Source of the DNA: Myxococcota bacterium | Lineage (GTDB): Bacteria; Myxococcota_A; UBA9042; PHBI01; JAWLBL01 | NCBI GenBank assembly: GCA_041687695.1 | Contig: JAWLBL010000009.1 | Span: forward strand, 202,906 to 266,905 | Direction of reading: 5' to 3' | Length of the DNA: 64,000 bases | In this document: one piece after another, positions 1-10,007 of the stretch | Layout: every line of letters begins with the position of its first letter | How positions within the stretch are numbered: position 1 is the stretch's first letter | Translations under genes and position numbers: made by a program | Notes under the pieces: generated by a model | What the model was told of the DNA's origin: nothing | What the model saw: only the letters and a program-made list of their open reading frames with translations | Databases searched by the model: none

Positions 1-1232
1 GACGCAACGGCAGCCTCGAGCCGCTGGCGGCGCATCTGGCGGCCGAGGCCACCCGTGACATCGAGCTGGCGCGTCGGCCGGTGGGCGGCAAGCCGGGGCT
101 GCGCGCCGAGGTGCCGTTCGAGGGGCGGGTCCACCGCGGGCGCGAGGTGCTGACGCTGCTCGATCGGCTGCAGGAGCGGAGCCTGATGACCGCTCGGGCG
201 GCCGCCGGGGTGCGCTGGACGGTCGAGCGCATCGCGGCGGACGGGGGCGCGCTGGATCTGACCGGGCAGCGCTTCGCGGTGCTGGGCGCGAGCGCCGAGC
301 TTGCGCCCACGGCGATGCTGCTCGAGGCCGGCGCGACGGTGCTGTGGGTGGACGTGGCCGAGCCCGAGCGCCTGCTCAACGGCCATCGGGGCGAGCGCCC
401 GCTGGCCGGCGCGCTGGTGACGGCGCCGGGAGCGCGGGATCTGCTGCAGGCGCCCGGGGCCATCGCCGCGGCCGTGCGCCGCTTCGCCGAGGAGGGCGAC
501 GACGGACGCGTCCACCTGGGCCTGTTCGCCTACGCGCCCGGGGCCGCGCGCGAGCTGCGCCTGTCGGCGGCCATGGACGCCATCGCGCGGGCGCTGGGGC
601 CCGACGTGGTGCGCTCGGTCGCGCTGTACATCTCGCCGACCGTGCCGTCGTGCGTGCAGCCCGAGGACCGCGGGGCCGTCGAGGCGCAGCTGAAGAGGCT
701 GCCGCTGTGGAAGGGCGTTCTCGGGCGCCTGGGCGCCCTGCCCGGCCCGGGGCATCACGTCGTCGGCGACGTGGCGATCGCCCGCGCCATCGTGACCCTG
801 CAGGGCACGACCTACCAGGCCGCGCAGTACCTGACCAAGATCGCCGCCGCCGAGGCCTGGGCCACCGCCGACCGACCGGTCACCGTGTCGGCCAACGTCG
901 CGGGCATCACCAACACGCGCTCGCTGGCGCACCCGCTGTTCCAGGCGGGCTTCGTCGGCGCCCCCAGCTTCGGCGTCCAGATCTTCCAGCCGGCCACCAC
1001 GCGCGCCCTCAACGGCCTGCTGATGCTGCACGACGTCCTGAACCCCGACGCCCCCGGCGCCGCCGCGGCCCGCCACCCCTCGCCGGCCGCCAAGGCCCGC
1101 GCCGTGCTGGCCCAGCAGATCCACGGCGGGGTCTATGCCCTGCCGTGGACCCTCGAGGGGACCGTCCGCGCCGGCGCCGTGCTGGGCCTTTGCCGCCAGC
1201 CGTCCGTCCTGTGGAGCCGGCCGCGGCGCTGA
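1..1232 (+). CDS. Hypothetical protein with Rossmann-like segment, 5' partial
   Basis: Frame is open from the window edge (RNGSLEPLAAHLAAE...) into ORF 81..1232; segment FAVLGASAELAP resembles a dinucleotide-binding strand-loop; GC3-rich codons. Confidence 0.65.
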   Translation, partial: RNGSLEPLAAHLAAEATRDIELARRPVGGKPGLRAEVPFEGRVHRGREVLTLLDRLQERSLMTARAAAGVRWTVERIAADGGALDLTGQRFAVLGASAELAPTAMLLEAGATVLWVDVAEPERLLNGHRGERPLAGALVTAPGARDLLQAPGAIAAAVRRFAEEGDDGRVHLGLFAYAPGAARELRLSAAMDAIARALGPDVVRSVALYISPTVPSCVQPEDRGAVEAQLKRLPLWKGVLGRLGALPGPGHHVVGDVAIARAIVTLQGTTYQAAQYLTKIAAAEAWATADRPVTVSANVAGITNTRSLAHPLFQAGFVGAPSFGVQIFQPATTRALNGLLMLHDVLNPDAPGAAAARHPSPAAKARAVLAQQIHGGVYALPWTLEGTVRAGAVLGLCRQPSVLWSRPRR

Positions 1233-1255
1233 CGCCGCCACCTATTACATGGGGG

Positions 1256-2032
1256 TCACATGGAAGCCGGCGCCACGGCGGCCGGCGCCGGGGCGCGCGC
1301 CAACCCCACGGTCCGCTCGACCAGCTCGTCGACCGGCTGGGCGAGCCCCTCGAGCTGGAAGGCGATGGCGCCCCGCGCGTCCAGCAGCGTGATGAAGTTG
1401 GAGTGGCTGATGTGGCCGTTGTCGAGCTGGCGGTACTTCACGCCCAGGACCAGGGCCAGGGCGCGGGTCAGCGCCTCGTCGCCGCGCACCAGCCGCCACC
1501 GGTCGGTCGGCATCTCGTACTGCTTGGCGTACTCGGCCAGCCGCTCGGGCGTGTCGTTGGCGGCGTCCAGCGTCACCAGCAGCACCCGCGAGGCCGCGCG
1601 CACGTCGTCGGGCAGCGCCTCCTGATAGCGCTTCAGATCGTTGACCAGGATGGGGCAGGCCGACGCGCAGCTGCCGTAGAACATCACGATCGCCGTCGGG
1701 TGCCCCTCGAAGACGTCCAGCGAGGTCTCGCGGCCCTCCTGGTCGGTGAAGGTCCCCTCCAGCGCGTAGATCGACTCGCCCGCCGGCTCCGCCACGGCCG
1801 GCGAGTCTTCGGCCTCCGCCTCGGCCGCCGCGGCCGCCTTGTCCTTGCCGTGGCAGCACGGCTTGGCCTCGCCCTCGGCCGGCGCGCCCTCGGCCGCCTG
1901 CACCGCGGGCCCCTCGGCCACCGCCAGCGGCGTGGGCGCCTCCGGCGCTCCGACCTCCTGACATCCCATGCCCAGGGCCCCGAGCAGGGCCACCGCCCCG
2001 AACGCCACCATCCAACCGTAGTTCGTCCTCAT
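1256..2032 (-). CDS. SCO1/SenC family copper chaperone lipoprotein
   Basis: CASAC (CxxxC) motif, downstream HS (GHISHSNFITLLD), LDAANDTPERL; lipobox LGMGC; ATG at 2032 overlaps upstream TGA (ATGA). Confidence 0.9.
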   Translation of the reverse strand: MRTNYGWMVAFGAVALLGALGMGCQEVGAPEAPTPLAVAEGPAVQAAEGAPAEGEAKPCCHGKDKAAAAAEAEAEDSPAVAEPAGESIYALEGTFTDQEGRETSLDVFEGHPTAIVMFYGSCASACPILVNDLKRYQEALPDDVRAASRVLLVTLDAANDTPERLAEYAKQYEMPTDRWRLVRGDEALTRALALVLGVKYRQLDNGHISHSNFITLLDARGAIAFQLEGLAQPVDELVERTVGLARAPAPAAVAPASM

Positions 2033-2862
2033 CTCCGCACCTCCCGGCCGCCGTCGGCGGCCTCGATGACACATCGGAAGCCCAGGTTGCGCACCGCGTA
2101 CGAGCCCTGCAGGCTCGACCGGAAGGCGAAGCGCATGAACGCCGCGTAGTCGCTGGAGTCAGCGGCGCCGATCGCCGCCCCGCCGCAGAAGCGGCCGGTC
2201 TCGCGGTCTCCCTCCTGCCGGTTGTCGGCGCTGACCAGCGACGCGTTGAAGTCCTGCACCCACTCCCAGACCAGGCCGTGGAGATCGTGCAGCCCGTACA
2301 CGTTCGGCGCCTGCTGGCCGACCTCGCGCATCGTCGTCGCCCCGGGGCGGGCGTACCAGCTCAGGATGCGCCGCGTGTACTCGGGGTCGCCGCGCGCGTC
2401 GCGCCGCGTCTCGTCGGCCTGCGCCGCCAGCTCCCACTCGGCCTCGGTCGGCAGCCTCGCCCCGCGCGCCTTGCAGTAGGCGTTGGCCGCGAACCACGAC
2501 ACGTAGGTCACCGCCTGCGCGGGCCCGGCCTGCGGCCCCAGCTCGAGGTCGCCGGCCCAATGCGCGAGGTACGAGGGGTCGGCGAACAGGCGCGAGGCCT
2601 TCGACCGGCGCCAGCGCGGGTCGTCGCGCACGAAGTCCAGCATCTGCGCGTTGGTCACGGGCCGCGCGTCCATCCAGAAGGCGGGGACGGCGCGCGGGCC
2701 CTCGTCCTTGGCCGGGTAGAAGGGGCGGTAGTCGGCCCCCGGCACCAGGACCATGCCGGGGGCGGGCGGGACGGCGGCGGGGGCCGGCGGGGTCGCCGCG
2801 CTCGCCGCCCCGGTGACGGCGAGCGCGAGCGCCCCGAGGCACGCTCGGAGCGCGGCGCCCAT
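2029..2862 (-). CDS. nirV: Formylglycine-generating-enzyme-fold protein, NirV-like
   Basis: FGE-sulfatase motifs PVTNAQ, RLPTEAEWE, PNVYGLHDLHGLVWEW, NLGFRC; signal peptide; directly downstream of nirK with TGATG coupling. Confidence 0.85.
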   Translation of the reverse strand: MGAALRACLGALALAVTGAASAATPPAPAAVPPAPGMVLVPGADYRPFYPAKDEGPRAVPAFWMDARPVTNAQMLDFVRDDPRWRRSKASRLFADPSYLAHWAGDLELGPQAGPAQAVTYVSWFAANAYCKARGARLPTEAEWELAAQADETRRDARGDPEYTRRILSWYARPGATTMREVGQQAPNVYGLHDLHGLVWEWVQDFNASLVSADNRQEGDRETGRFCGGAAIGAADSSDYAAFMRFAFRSSLQGSYAVRNLGFRCVIEAADGGREVRR

Positions 2863-4403
2863 CAGGGGTGCCCCCCGTCCTTCGGGACGTGGATCGAGGC
2901 CCGGATGCGCGCGACGTCGGCGTCCTGTACCTCGTCGCCCGAGTTGCCGAAGCTGTTGCGGACGTAGGTCAGCACGTCGGCGATCTCGTGGTCGGTCAGG
3001 TGGTTGAGCGGCGGCATGACGCCCGTGTACTTCACCCCGTTGACCTGGATCTCGCCCTGCAGCCCGGACAGCACGGCCTTGATGGACCGGTCCTTGTCGG
3101 CCATCAGCCAGTCGCTCTTGGCCAGCGGCGGGAAGACGTTCGGCACGCCCGACCCGTTCTGCTGGTGGCAGGCCGTGCAGGAGCCCAGGTAGGTCGCCTT
3201 GCCGCGCGCGATGCGGGCTTCCTTGCCCTCGACCCCCGCGGCCGCCTTGATGGAGTCGGTGGCCGGCGGCGCGTACTCGGCCAGGTAGACCTCGTCGACC
3301 TCCTTGCCCGAGTAGATCCGCTTGTTCTCGGGCCCGTCGACGACCATCATGCCGATGGCGCCCTTGTTGAAGGCACGCAGCAGCGAGTGGTCGACCAGGA
3401 TGTAGGTGCCGGGCACCTCGAGCTTGAAGTCGACCACGGTCGAGCCGCCGGCCGGGACCAGCGTCGTCTGGACGTTGTTGTTCTGGCTGTCGCCGCCCTC
3501 GACCCAGACCCGGTCGAAGATCTCACCGATGACGTGGAACGAGCTGACCAGGTTCGGGCCGCCGTTGCCGAAGAACAGGCGCACGTTGTCGCCGACCTTG
3601 GCGCGCAGGGCGTTGTCGCCGGTCAGCGCGCCGTCGCGGCCGTTGAAGACGACGTACGAGGCGTTCTCGTCGATGGCGCGCTGCATGTCGAAGGGCTGCA
3701 GGCCCGGCTCGCGGAAGGCGCCCTTCGTGTAGAAGTCGCCCTGCATCACGTAGTACTCCTTGTCCACCGGCGGCAGGCCCTCCTCGGGCTCGACGACGAT
3801 GAGGCCGTACATGCCGTTGGCGACGTGCATGCCGACCGGCGCCGTCGCGCAGTGGTAGACGTAGGTGCCGGGGTTGCGCGCCTCGAAGGTGAAGCGCGTC
3901 TGGTGGCCGGGGGCCGTGAAGGTGCTGGTCGCGCCGCCGCCGGGCCCGGTCACCGAGTGGAGATCGATGTTGTGCGGCATCGTGTTCTTCGGGTGGTTCT
4001 GCAGGTGCAGCTCCACGAGATCGCCCTGGCGGACGCGCAGCAGCGGCCCGGGGACCGTGCCGCCGAAGGTCCAGAACGTGTAGGTGGCGCCGTCGGCGAT
4101 CTCCATCTCGAGCTCGAGCACCTCGAGGTGAACGACGACCTTGGCCGGGGTGCGGCGCGTGATGGGCTCGGGCACCGCGGGCGGCGCGATGATGGGGTGC
4201 TGCTCGACCGGCCAGGTGGACGGGTCGTCGGGCACCTGGGGCGCGTCGGGCTTCGCCTCGGCCTTGGGCACGACCGTGGGGGTCCCCGGGGCGGAGGCTT
4301 TGGGTGGTGACGCCTCACCGCCCTGGGCGCACCCGGCCAGCGCTACGAGCAGCGCCGCGCCCCCCCACCGGACCCATCGGTTCATCGACTTCGTGTTACG
4401 CAT
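2862..4403 (-). CDS. nirK: Copper-containing nitrite reductase (AniA-type) with C-terminal cytochrome c domain, lipoprotein
   Basis: [27 protein letters not shown] and [11 protein letters not shown]u-ligand motifs; C-terminal CTACH at 3165..3179 plus GVMPP Met ligand; lipobox LAGC; AGGAGG RBS. Confidence 0.95.
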   Translation of the reverse strand: MRNTKSMNRWVRWGGAALLVALAGCAQGGEASPPKASAPGTPTVVPKAEAKPDAPQVPDDPSTWPVEQHPIIAPPAVPEPITRRTPAKVVVHLEVLELEMEIADGATYTFWTFGGTVPGPLLRVRQGDLVELHLQNHPKNTMPHNIDLHSVTGPGGGATSTFTAPGHQTRFTFEARNPGTYVYHCATAPVGMHVANGMYGLIVVEPEEGLPPVDKEYYVMQGDFYTKGAFREPGLQPFDMQRAIDENASYVVFNGRDGALTGDNALRAKVGDNVRLFFGNGGPNLVSSFHVIGEIFDRVWVEGGDSQNNNVQTTLVPAGGSTVVDFKLEVPGTYILVDHSLLRAFNKGAIGMMVVDGPENKRIYSGKEVDEVYLAEYAPPATDSIKAAAGVEGKEARIARGKATYLGSCTACHQQNGSGVPNVFPPLAKSDWLMADKDRSIKAVLSGLQGEIQVNGVKYTGVMPPLNHLTDHEIADVLTYVRNSFGNSGDEVQDADVARIRASIHVPKDGGHP

Positions 4404-4485
4404 CTCCCACCTCCTCGTGGCCGCGCGACGTGGATGCGGCCTGCGGGCCCCGAGCCGACCTTGGCGGGAGCCACGCCCCCATGCC

Positions 4486-4502
4486 TTGCATCGGGAATGC
4501 CA
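4486..4502 (-). promoter_or_regulatory. Putative sigma54 (-24/-12) promoter of the nirK operon
   Basis: Minus strand reads TGGCATTCCCGATGCAA, i.e. GG-N10-GC with TGGCA and TGCA, about 85 bp upstream of the nirK start. Confidence 0.65.
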
Positions 4503-4745
4503 CTTCCCTCTAGCGGACGTTTGGCTCCGAATTCATTGACCGCCCCGCCTCCCTCCGCGCTCCTGGACGCCCCAGATTAGTGCGTAATACCACACCCCAA
4601 AGCCGCAGATGCCCCTACCGTGAGCCGGGCCGTGCCTCAGTGTGAAAAGGCACGACCGGGGCTCTGACGGCGTCGCGACGGGGTTGAACCCGCGGAGCCT
4701 CGCGGGCAGACTCCCGCGTCCGCTCGCGCCCCCGGGAGACCCGCG

Positions 4746-7700
4746 ATGAAGCTGCTCGCCCCCCTCGCCTTGCTGATCCTGCTGACCGCCTGTGCGGGCC
4801 CCGGCGAAGGCACTCCGCCGCCCGTCGGCCTGCCCGACGTGGTCGCGGACACGACCGAAGACACTCAGGGCGGCGACGCACAGGGCGCCGACACAAAGGG
4901 CGCCGACGGCCACGCGAGCGACGAGGGCTCAGCGGACGGAGACGCGGACGACGACATCGCCGAGGACGCCGGCCGCGACGTGGCCCACGACGGCCAGCCG
5001 GGCGACGCGACTCAGGACGCCGGCCCCGACGCGTGCACGCCGAGCTGCGCAGACCTCGAGTGCGGCGACGACGGCTGCGGCGGCGTGTGCGGCGAGTGCG
5101 GCGCCGGAGCGCAGTGCGTGGGGGGCGCGTGCCAGGCCCTGTGCTCGCCGGCTTGCGACGGCAAGGCGTGCGGACCGAACGGGTGCGGAGGGCTGTGCGG
5201 CGCCTGTGGCGAAGGCGACGCCTGCGTCGGGGGGCAGTGCCAGCCCGTGTGCGCCCCGGCCTGCGACGGCAAGGCGTGCGGCGACGACGGCTGCGGCGGC
5301 GTGTGCGGCGAGTGCGGCGCCGGCCAGCAGTGCGTCGGCGGCCAGTGCGAGGGCGTGTGCGCGCCGGCCTGCGGCGGCAAGGCCTGCGGCGGCGACGGGT
5401 GCGGCGGCAGCTGCGGGGCGTGCGGCGAGGGGCAGGCCTGCGTGGACGGGCAGTGCCAGGCGCTGTGCACGCCGGCGTGCGGCGGCAAGCAGTGCGGCGA
5501 GGACGGGTGCGGCGGGGCGTGCGGGACCTGCGGGGTCGGCGAGCAGTGCGTCGCGGGCGGCTGCGAGCCCGTGTGCGTCGGGTCGTGCGCCGACAAGCAG
5601 TGCGGCGGCGACGGGTGCGGCGGGTGGTGCGGCACCTGCGGCGCGGGGCACCAGTGCAAGTTCGGGCAGTGCGAGCCGACGTGCAAGCCGGCGTGTGACG
5701 GCAAGGCGTGCGGCGGCGACGGGTGCGGCGGCAGCTGCGGGACGTGCGGCGCGGGCGAGCAGTGCGTCTCGGGGCAATGCGAGCCCATCTGCGCGCCGGC
5801 TTGCGGCGGCAAGGAGTGCGGCGGCGACGGCTGCGGTGGGTCGTGCGGGGCGTGCGGCGCCGGCGAGCAGTGCGTCTCGGGGCAGTGCGAGCCCCTCTGC
5901 GCGCCGGCCTGCGGCGGCAAGGAGTGCGGCGCGGACGGCTGCGGCGGCTCGTGCGGCACGTGCGCCCTGGGAGAGACCTGCTCGAGCGGGCAGTGCGAGT
6001 GCGCGCCCAAGTGCTCGGGCAAGGAGTGCGGCGGCGACGGGTGCGGCGGCAGCTGCGGGGCCTGCGCGGCGGGCGAGCAGTGCGTCCTGGGCGCGTGCAA
6101 GGTGCCGACCGGCGACCTGTGCTCCGACGCGTTGGTGGTGGACTCGGTGCCGTACAGCGACAGCCGCAGCACCGGGGGCACCTCGACCAGCCACTACGGC
6201 GTGCCGGCCGGCGCGTGTCCGGGCAGCCCGGGCGCCATCGGGCAGGACGCGCTCGACCGGGTGTACAGCTTCACACCCAAGGTCAGCGGCCCGTACGTGT
6301 TCACGCTGACCGGCACCTTCGACACGGGCCTGTACGTCTCGACGTCGTGCTCGAACGTGGGCGGGGCGTGCCTGGGCGGCGTCGACCTCGCCTGCGTCGG
6401 CTGCGAGGAGAAGCTGGAGCTGGATCTCGTCGCCGGCCAGCAGGTCATGATCTTCGTCGACGGGTCGTGGCACATCACCGACAGCGGCCCGTACATCCTG
6501 AAGATCGACAAGGGCTGCGACCCGACCTGCGCCGGCTGGGAGTGCGGGCCGGACGGGTGCGGCGGGTCGTGCGGGGCCTGCCCGCTGGGCGAGCAGTGCG
6601 TCTACGGCGAGTGCGAGGCGTCCCAGCCCATCCCCGAGTGCTCGGACGCCGTCACCGACGTCATCGACACCTGGCCCTACAGCCACGACAGCTTCATCTG
6701 GGGCAGCGGCAACCACTACAGCTTCAACAACTGCCCCGGAAACCTCAGCTCGGGCGGCAAGGGCACCGACCGCATCTACGAGATGACGGCGCCGGTGTTC
6801 GGCCAGTACCGGTTCACCCTCTCGCCCCACAACGGGGACGTCTTCGACCTGTACGTCGTGCGGGACTGCACGAAGATCAACCAGACCTGCCTGGGGGCCA
6901 CCTGGATGGTCGGCAGCGTCAGCGTGGTGCTGCAGCCGGGCGAGGTCGTCTACGCCATCGTGGATGGCCACACGTCGAGCGAGTGGGGCGACTACACGCT
7001 GAAGGTCGACCTGTGCGAGGCGGACTGCAGCGGGCTCGAGTGCGGCATCGACCCGGTGTGCGGGGTCAGCTGCGGCGCGTGCGCGGGCGGGACGACCTGC
7101 GGCCCGACCGGCCAGTGCGTCCTGGGCGGCCAGGGCGACAGCTGCGACACGGCCTTCCAGGTCGACACGGTGCCGTTCGTGGGCGTGTCGTCGACCGCCG
7201 GGATGACCGACGACTTCGAATTCAAGGACTGCCCGTTCTTCCAGAGCACCGTCCGCGGCGACGGGGTGCAGGACCACGTGTGGGCCTTCACCGCGCCGGC
7301 GGCCGGCGTCTACACGGTGCGCCTCGACGAGGAGTCGGGCCACAACGCCCTGGTCTACATCGCGTCCGACTGCGACGACGTCTACGGCACCTGCCTCCGC
7401 TGGCACGAGGGCTGCAGCGTCAAGGTCGCCAGCTGCGACTTCCTGCCGACGATGGAGCTGCAGGCCGGCGAGACCCGTTACGTGGTGGTGGACGCGTACC
7501 AGACGTCGCCGTCCGGGTATCGGCTGACCTTCGACGCCCAGTGCCAGGAGGACTGCGCCGGCAAGGAGTGCGGGACCGACCCCTGCCTGGGCGGCAGCTG
7601 CGGCGCCTGCCCCAGCGGCTTCGCGTGCGACGCCCAGGGCCAGTGCCAGCCGTCGGCGGCGCTGGTCATCAACGAGATCGACTACGACAACCCGGGCAGC

Positions 7701-8171
7701 GACACGGCCGAGTTCGTCGAGCTCTACAACGCCGGCAGCGAGCCGGCCGTGCTGGCCGACTACGTGCTCGAGAGCGTCAACGGCACCGGCGGCGGGCTCA
7801 TCAAGGCGGTCCCGCTGGGGGACGCCGGCGCGACCCTGGCTCCGGGCGCCTACCTCGTGGTCGGCTTCTCGCCGGTGACGAGCGCCCTGCCGCAAGGCGT
7901 CGCGTCCGTCACCGTCAGCGGCTCGTTCCTGCAGAACGGCGGACCCGACGGTGACGCGGTCCGCCTGGTCCACGCCACGAGCGGCGTCGTCGAGGCCGTC
8001 TCGTACACCGCCCCGGTCCCCGGCGCGAACGAGGGCGGCACCCACGCCGGCACCGACCCGGGCGAAGGGACCCTGTCGCGCTGCCCCAACGGCGTGGACA
8101 CGGGCGACAACGGCGCCGACTTCGCCCAGGCCACCCCCGCCACGCCCGGCGCCGCGAACGGCTGCCCTTGA
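4746..8171 (+). CDS. Large Cys-rich surface lipoprotein with 8-Cys repeats, three PPC-like beta domains and a C-terminal lamin-tail domain
   Basis: Lipobox LLTAC; acidic linker; repeats CxPxCxGKxCGxDGCGGxCGxC; C-terminal LVINEIDYDNPGSDTAEFVELYN typical of LTD. Confidence 0.85.
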   Translation: MKLLAPLALLILLTACAGPGEGTPPPVGLPDVVADTTEDTQGGDAQGADTKGADGHASDEGSADGDADDDIAEDAGRDVAHDGQPGDATQDAGPDACTPSCADLECGDDGCGGVCGECGAGAQCVGGACQALCSPACDGKACGPNGCGGLCGACGEGDACVGGQCQPVCAPACDGKACGDDGCGGVCGECGAGQQCVGGQCEGVCAPACGGKACGGDGCGGSCGACGEGQACVDGQCQALCTPACGGKQCGEDGCGGACGTCGVGEQCVAGGCEPVCVGSCADKQCGGDGCGGWCGTCGAGHQCKFGQCEPTCKPACDGKACGGDGCGGSCGTCGAGEQCVSGQCEPICAPACGGKECGGDGCGGSCGACGAGEQCVSGQCEPLCAPACGGKECGADGCGGSCGTCALGETCSSGQCECAPKCSGKECGGDGCGGSCGACAAGEQCVLGACKVPTGDLCSDALVVDSVPYSDSRSTGGTSTSHYGVPAGACPGSPGAIGQDALDRVYSFTPKVSGPYVFTLTGTFDTGLYVSTSCSNVGGACLGGVDLACVGCEEKLELDLVAGQQVMIFVDGSWHITDSGPYILKIDKGCDPTCAGWECGPDGCGGSCGACPLGEQCVYGECEASQPIPECSDAVTDVIDTWPYSHDSFIWGSGNHYSFNNCPGNLSSGGKGTDRIYEMTAPVFGQYRFTLSPHNGDVFDLYVVRDCTKINQTCLGATWMVGSVSVVLQPGEVVYAIVDGHTSSEWGDYTLKVDLCEADCSGLECGIDPVCGVSCGACAGGTTCGPTGQCVLGGQGDSCDTAFQVDTVPFVGVSSTAGMTDDFEFKDCPFFQSTVRGDGVQDHVWAFTAPAAGVYTVRLDEESGHNALVYIASDCDDVYGTCLRWHEGCSVKVASCDFLPTMELQAGETRYVVVDAYQTSPSGYRLTFDAQCQEDCAGKECGTDPCLGGSCGACPSGFACDAQGQCQPSAALVINEIDYDNPGSDTAEFVELYNAGSEPAVLADYVLESVNGTGGGLIKAVPLGDAGATLAPGAYLVVGFSPVTSALPQGVASVTVSGSFLQNGGPDGDAVRLVHATSGVVEAVSYTAPVPGANEGGTHAGTDPGEGTLSRCPNGVDTGDNGADFAQATPATPGAANGCP
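5034..6104 (+). repeat. Ten tandem ~108-bp (36-aa, 8-Cys) coding repeats
   Basis: Counted in the translation from CTPSCADLECGDDGCGG to CAPKCSGKECGGDGCGG; three more copies separate the downstream domains. Confidence 0.9.
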
Positions 8172-8175
8172 GCCG

Positions 8176-8204
8176 CCGCCGCCCCTCTCCCCAGAGGGGA
8201 GCGG
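8176..8204 (+). terminator. Possible terminator hairpin
   Basis: GCCGC-CCCTCT / AGAGGGGAGCGGC imperfect stem just after the stop; no U tract. Confidence 0.35.
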
Positions 8205-8354
8205 CCCTCCTGCACGGCGTCATGGCTCCGGACCGTGGGGTTGACCACCCGACCCGAACGTCCAAAATTCGCGAGTCCCCCCAGAGATAGGAGCTGATTG
8301 CCGCCGCCCGATCGGCGATCGGCCCCGACGCTCCTTCGGACCGCGAGGACCTCC

Positions 8355-8570
8355 ATGCGTCGCGAAGTGACGATAGCCACCGCCTGGGGCCTGGGGCTGA
8401 CGCTTCTGCTCGCCCTCCTCATCGTCGTGGGCTCGCGCAACCTCGCCCACTTCGACGCCGCGCTCGTCGCCTACACCTTCGCCGTCCTCTTCGCCACCTT
8501 CGGCCTGACCTACCGCTACGCCATGTGGCTGCAGCGCCCGCCCACCGCCGTCTACTGGCGCCGCGGCTGG
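8355..8570 (+). pseudogene. N-terminal fragment of a membrane protein found in nitrate-reductase clusters
   Basis: MRREV...[39 protein letters not shown]...WRRGW with RBS GAGGA; sequence then switches to an unrelated domain. Confidence 0.7.
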
Positions 8571-8571
8571 C

Positions 8572-8730
8572 ATCGGCCCGCTGGTCGACCACTACCCGAG
8601 CCGTGCCTCGAGCTGCACCCGCGCCTCGCCGAGACGCTGGGCGTCGCCGACGGCGACTGGGTCACCGCCGAGAGCCGCCGCGGCACCTGCACCCTGCGCG
8701 CCTCGGTGGTCACGACCATCCGCCCCGACA
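8572..8730 (+). pseudogene. Fragment of the C-terminal molybdopterin-dinucleotide-binding domain of a molybdopterin oxidoreductase (nitrate reductase-like)
   Basis: IGPLVDHYP then (after a 1-nt frameshift near 8596) [44 protein letters not shown]. Confidence 0.8.
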
Positions 8731-8731
8731 G

Positions 8732-8994
<263 letters not shown>

Positions 8995-8998
<4 letters not shown>

Positions 8999-9366
8999 TC
9001 ATCGTCCTGCTCTGGGCCCTCATCGCCATCGGCGTGGGCGCCATCGTCACCGCCTTCGAGCCCGACCTGCGCACCGCCACCGTCGGCTTCGTCATGCTGG
9101 CCGCCTCGCTGGGGGTCGGCAACGGCGCCGTCTTCGCCCTGGTCGGCCGCCGCATCCCCGCCGCCCAGGTCGGCGCCGTGACCCGCCTGGTCGGCGCCGT
9201 CGGCGGCCTCGGCGGCTTTCTGCCCCCCATCGTGATGGGCCTGGTCTACCAGGCCACCGGCTCGTACGCGATCGGCCTGATGCTGCTGTCCAACGTCGCC
9301 TTCGTCGGCGCCATCTACACCGCCTGGCGCCTGTGGCCCCGCGGCCTGCCGACCTCCGAGCCCTGA
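8995..9366 (+). pseudogene. narK: C-terminal fragment of a NarK/NasA-family nitrate/nitrite MFS transporter
   Basis: [11 protein letters not shown] and VGAVGGLGGFLPP nitrate-signature motifs, TGSY; only about the last four TM helices remain. Confidence 0.85.
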
Positions 9367-9378
9367 GCCCCCGCCACA

Positions 9379-9690
9379 GGTCCCGGGACCGTTCGATACG
9401 GCGCCGACGGTCGCCCCGACCGGTCCTGGGACTAAATCGAACCAGGGTCCATGGTGGCTCCAGCCAGTCCCGGGACTGCCCGCACCCACTCGCAGGTCGT
9501 TGCCCGAGGTCCCGGGACTGCCCCGGTCTGAACTGATGTTCAGCAAGCCCCAGTCCCGGGACTGCCCGCACCCACTCGCAGGTCGTTGCCCGAGGTCCCG
9601 GGACTGCCCCGGTCTGAACTGATGTTCAGCAAGCCCCAGTCCCGGGACTGCCCGCACCCGCTCGCAGGTCATTGCCCGAGGTCCCGGGGT
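9379..9690. repeat. Array of eight GTCCCGGGAC palindromes at 42-44 bp spacing, including ~2.6 copies of an 86-bp tandem unit
   Basis: Core starts at 9380, 9423 (GTCCTGGGAC), 9467, 9509, 9553, 9595, 9639, 9681 (GTCCCGGGGT); 86-bp unit starts at 9465, 9551, 9637. Confidence 0.9.
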
Positions 9691-9756
9691 CCGGTCGCAC
9701 CACCCTGCACGCGTTTGGGTCCAGGCAGGCCCACCCGACCCACCGGGCCACTCGGC

Positions 9757-9785
9757 TTGCCGTACACATTCGATGTGTATAGCGT
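9757..9785 (+). promoter_or_regulatory. vapBC promoter with inverted-repeat operator
   Basis: TTGCCG-N17-TAGCGT with perfect TACACAT-tcg-ATGTGTA palindrome (9763..9779) filling the spacer. Confidence 0.65.
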
Positions 9786-9803
9786 GCTCGGAGGGGGTGA
9801 GCC

Positions 9804-10007
9804 ATGCGCACCAACATCGTCATCGACGACGATCTGCTCGCCGAAGCCGCCGAGCTGACTGGGATTCGAACCAAGAAGGAGCTCGTCCACGAGGCGCTCA
9901 GGACGCTCATCGCGACCCGCCGTCGCAAGAGCCTGCTCGACCTCAAGGGGAAGGTGCAGCTCCGGCCCGACTACGACTACAAGGCGCTCCGGGAGGACGG
10001 CGAGTGA
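9804..10007 (+). CDS. vapB: VapB-family antitoxin (RHH)
   Basis: MRTNIVIDDDLL...TKKELVHEAL...LLDLKGKV...DYDYKALR; GTGA overlap with PIN gene. Confidence 0.9.
   Translation: MRTNIVIDDDLLAEAAELTGIRTKKELVHEALRTLIATRRRKSLLDLKGKVQLRPDYDYKALREDGE

Noticed and set aside
4404..4745. FNR/NnrR box upstream of nirK
   Set aside because: Only a TTGAC half-site near 4536; no matching second half
8300..8330. ANTAR (NasT) RNA element ahead of the nitrate cluster remnant
   Set aside because: Only one hairpin (CCGATC-ggc-GATCGG); the twin hexaloop motif is not evident
9379..9690. CRISPR array
   Set aside because: Repeat only 10-15 bp, intervening sequences mostly duplicated, no cas genes in the window
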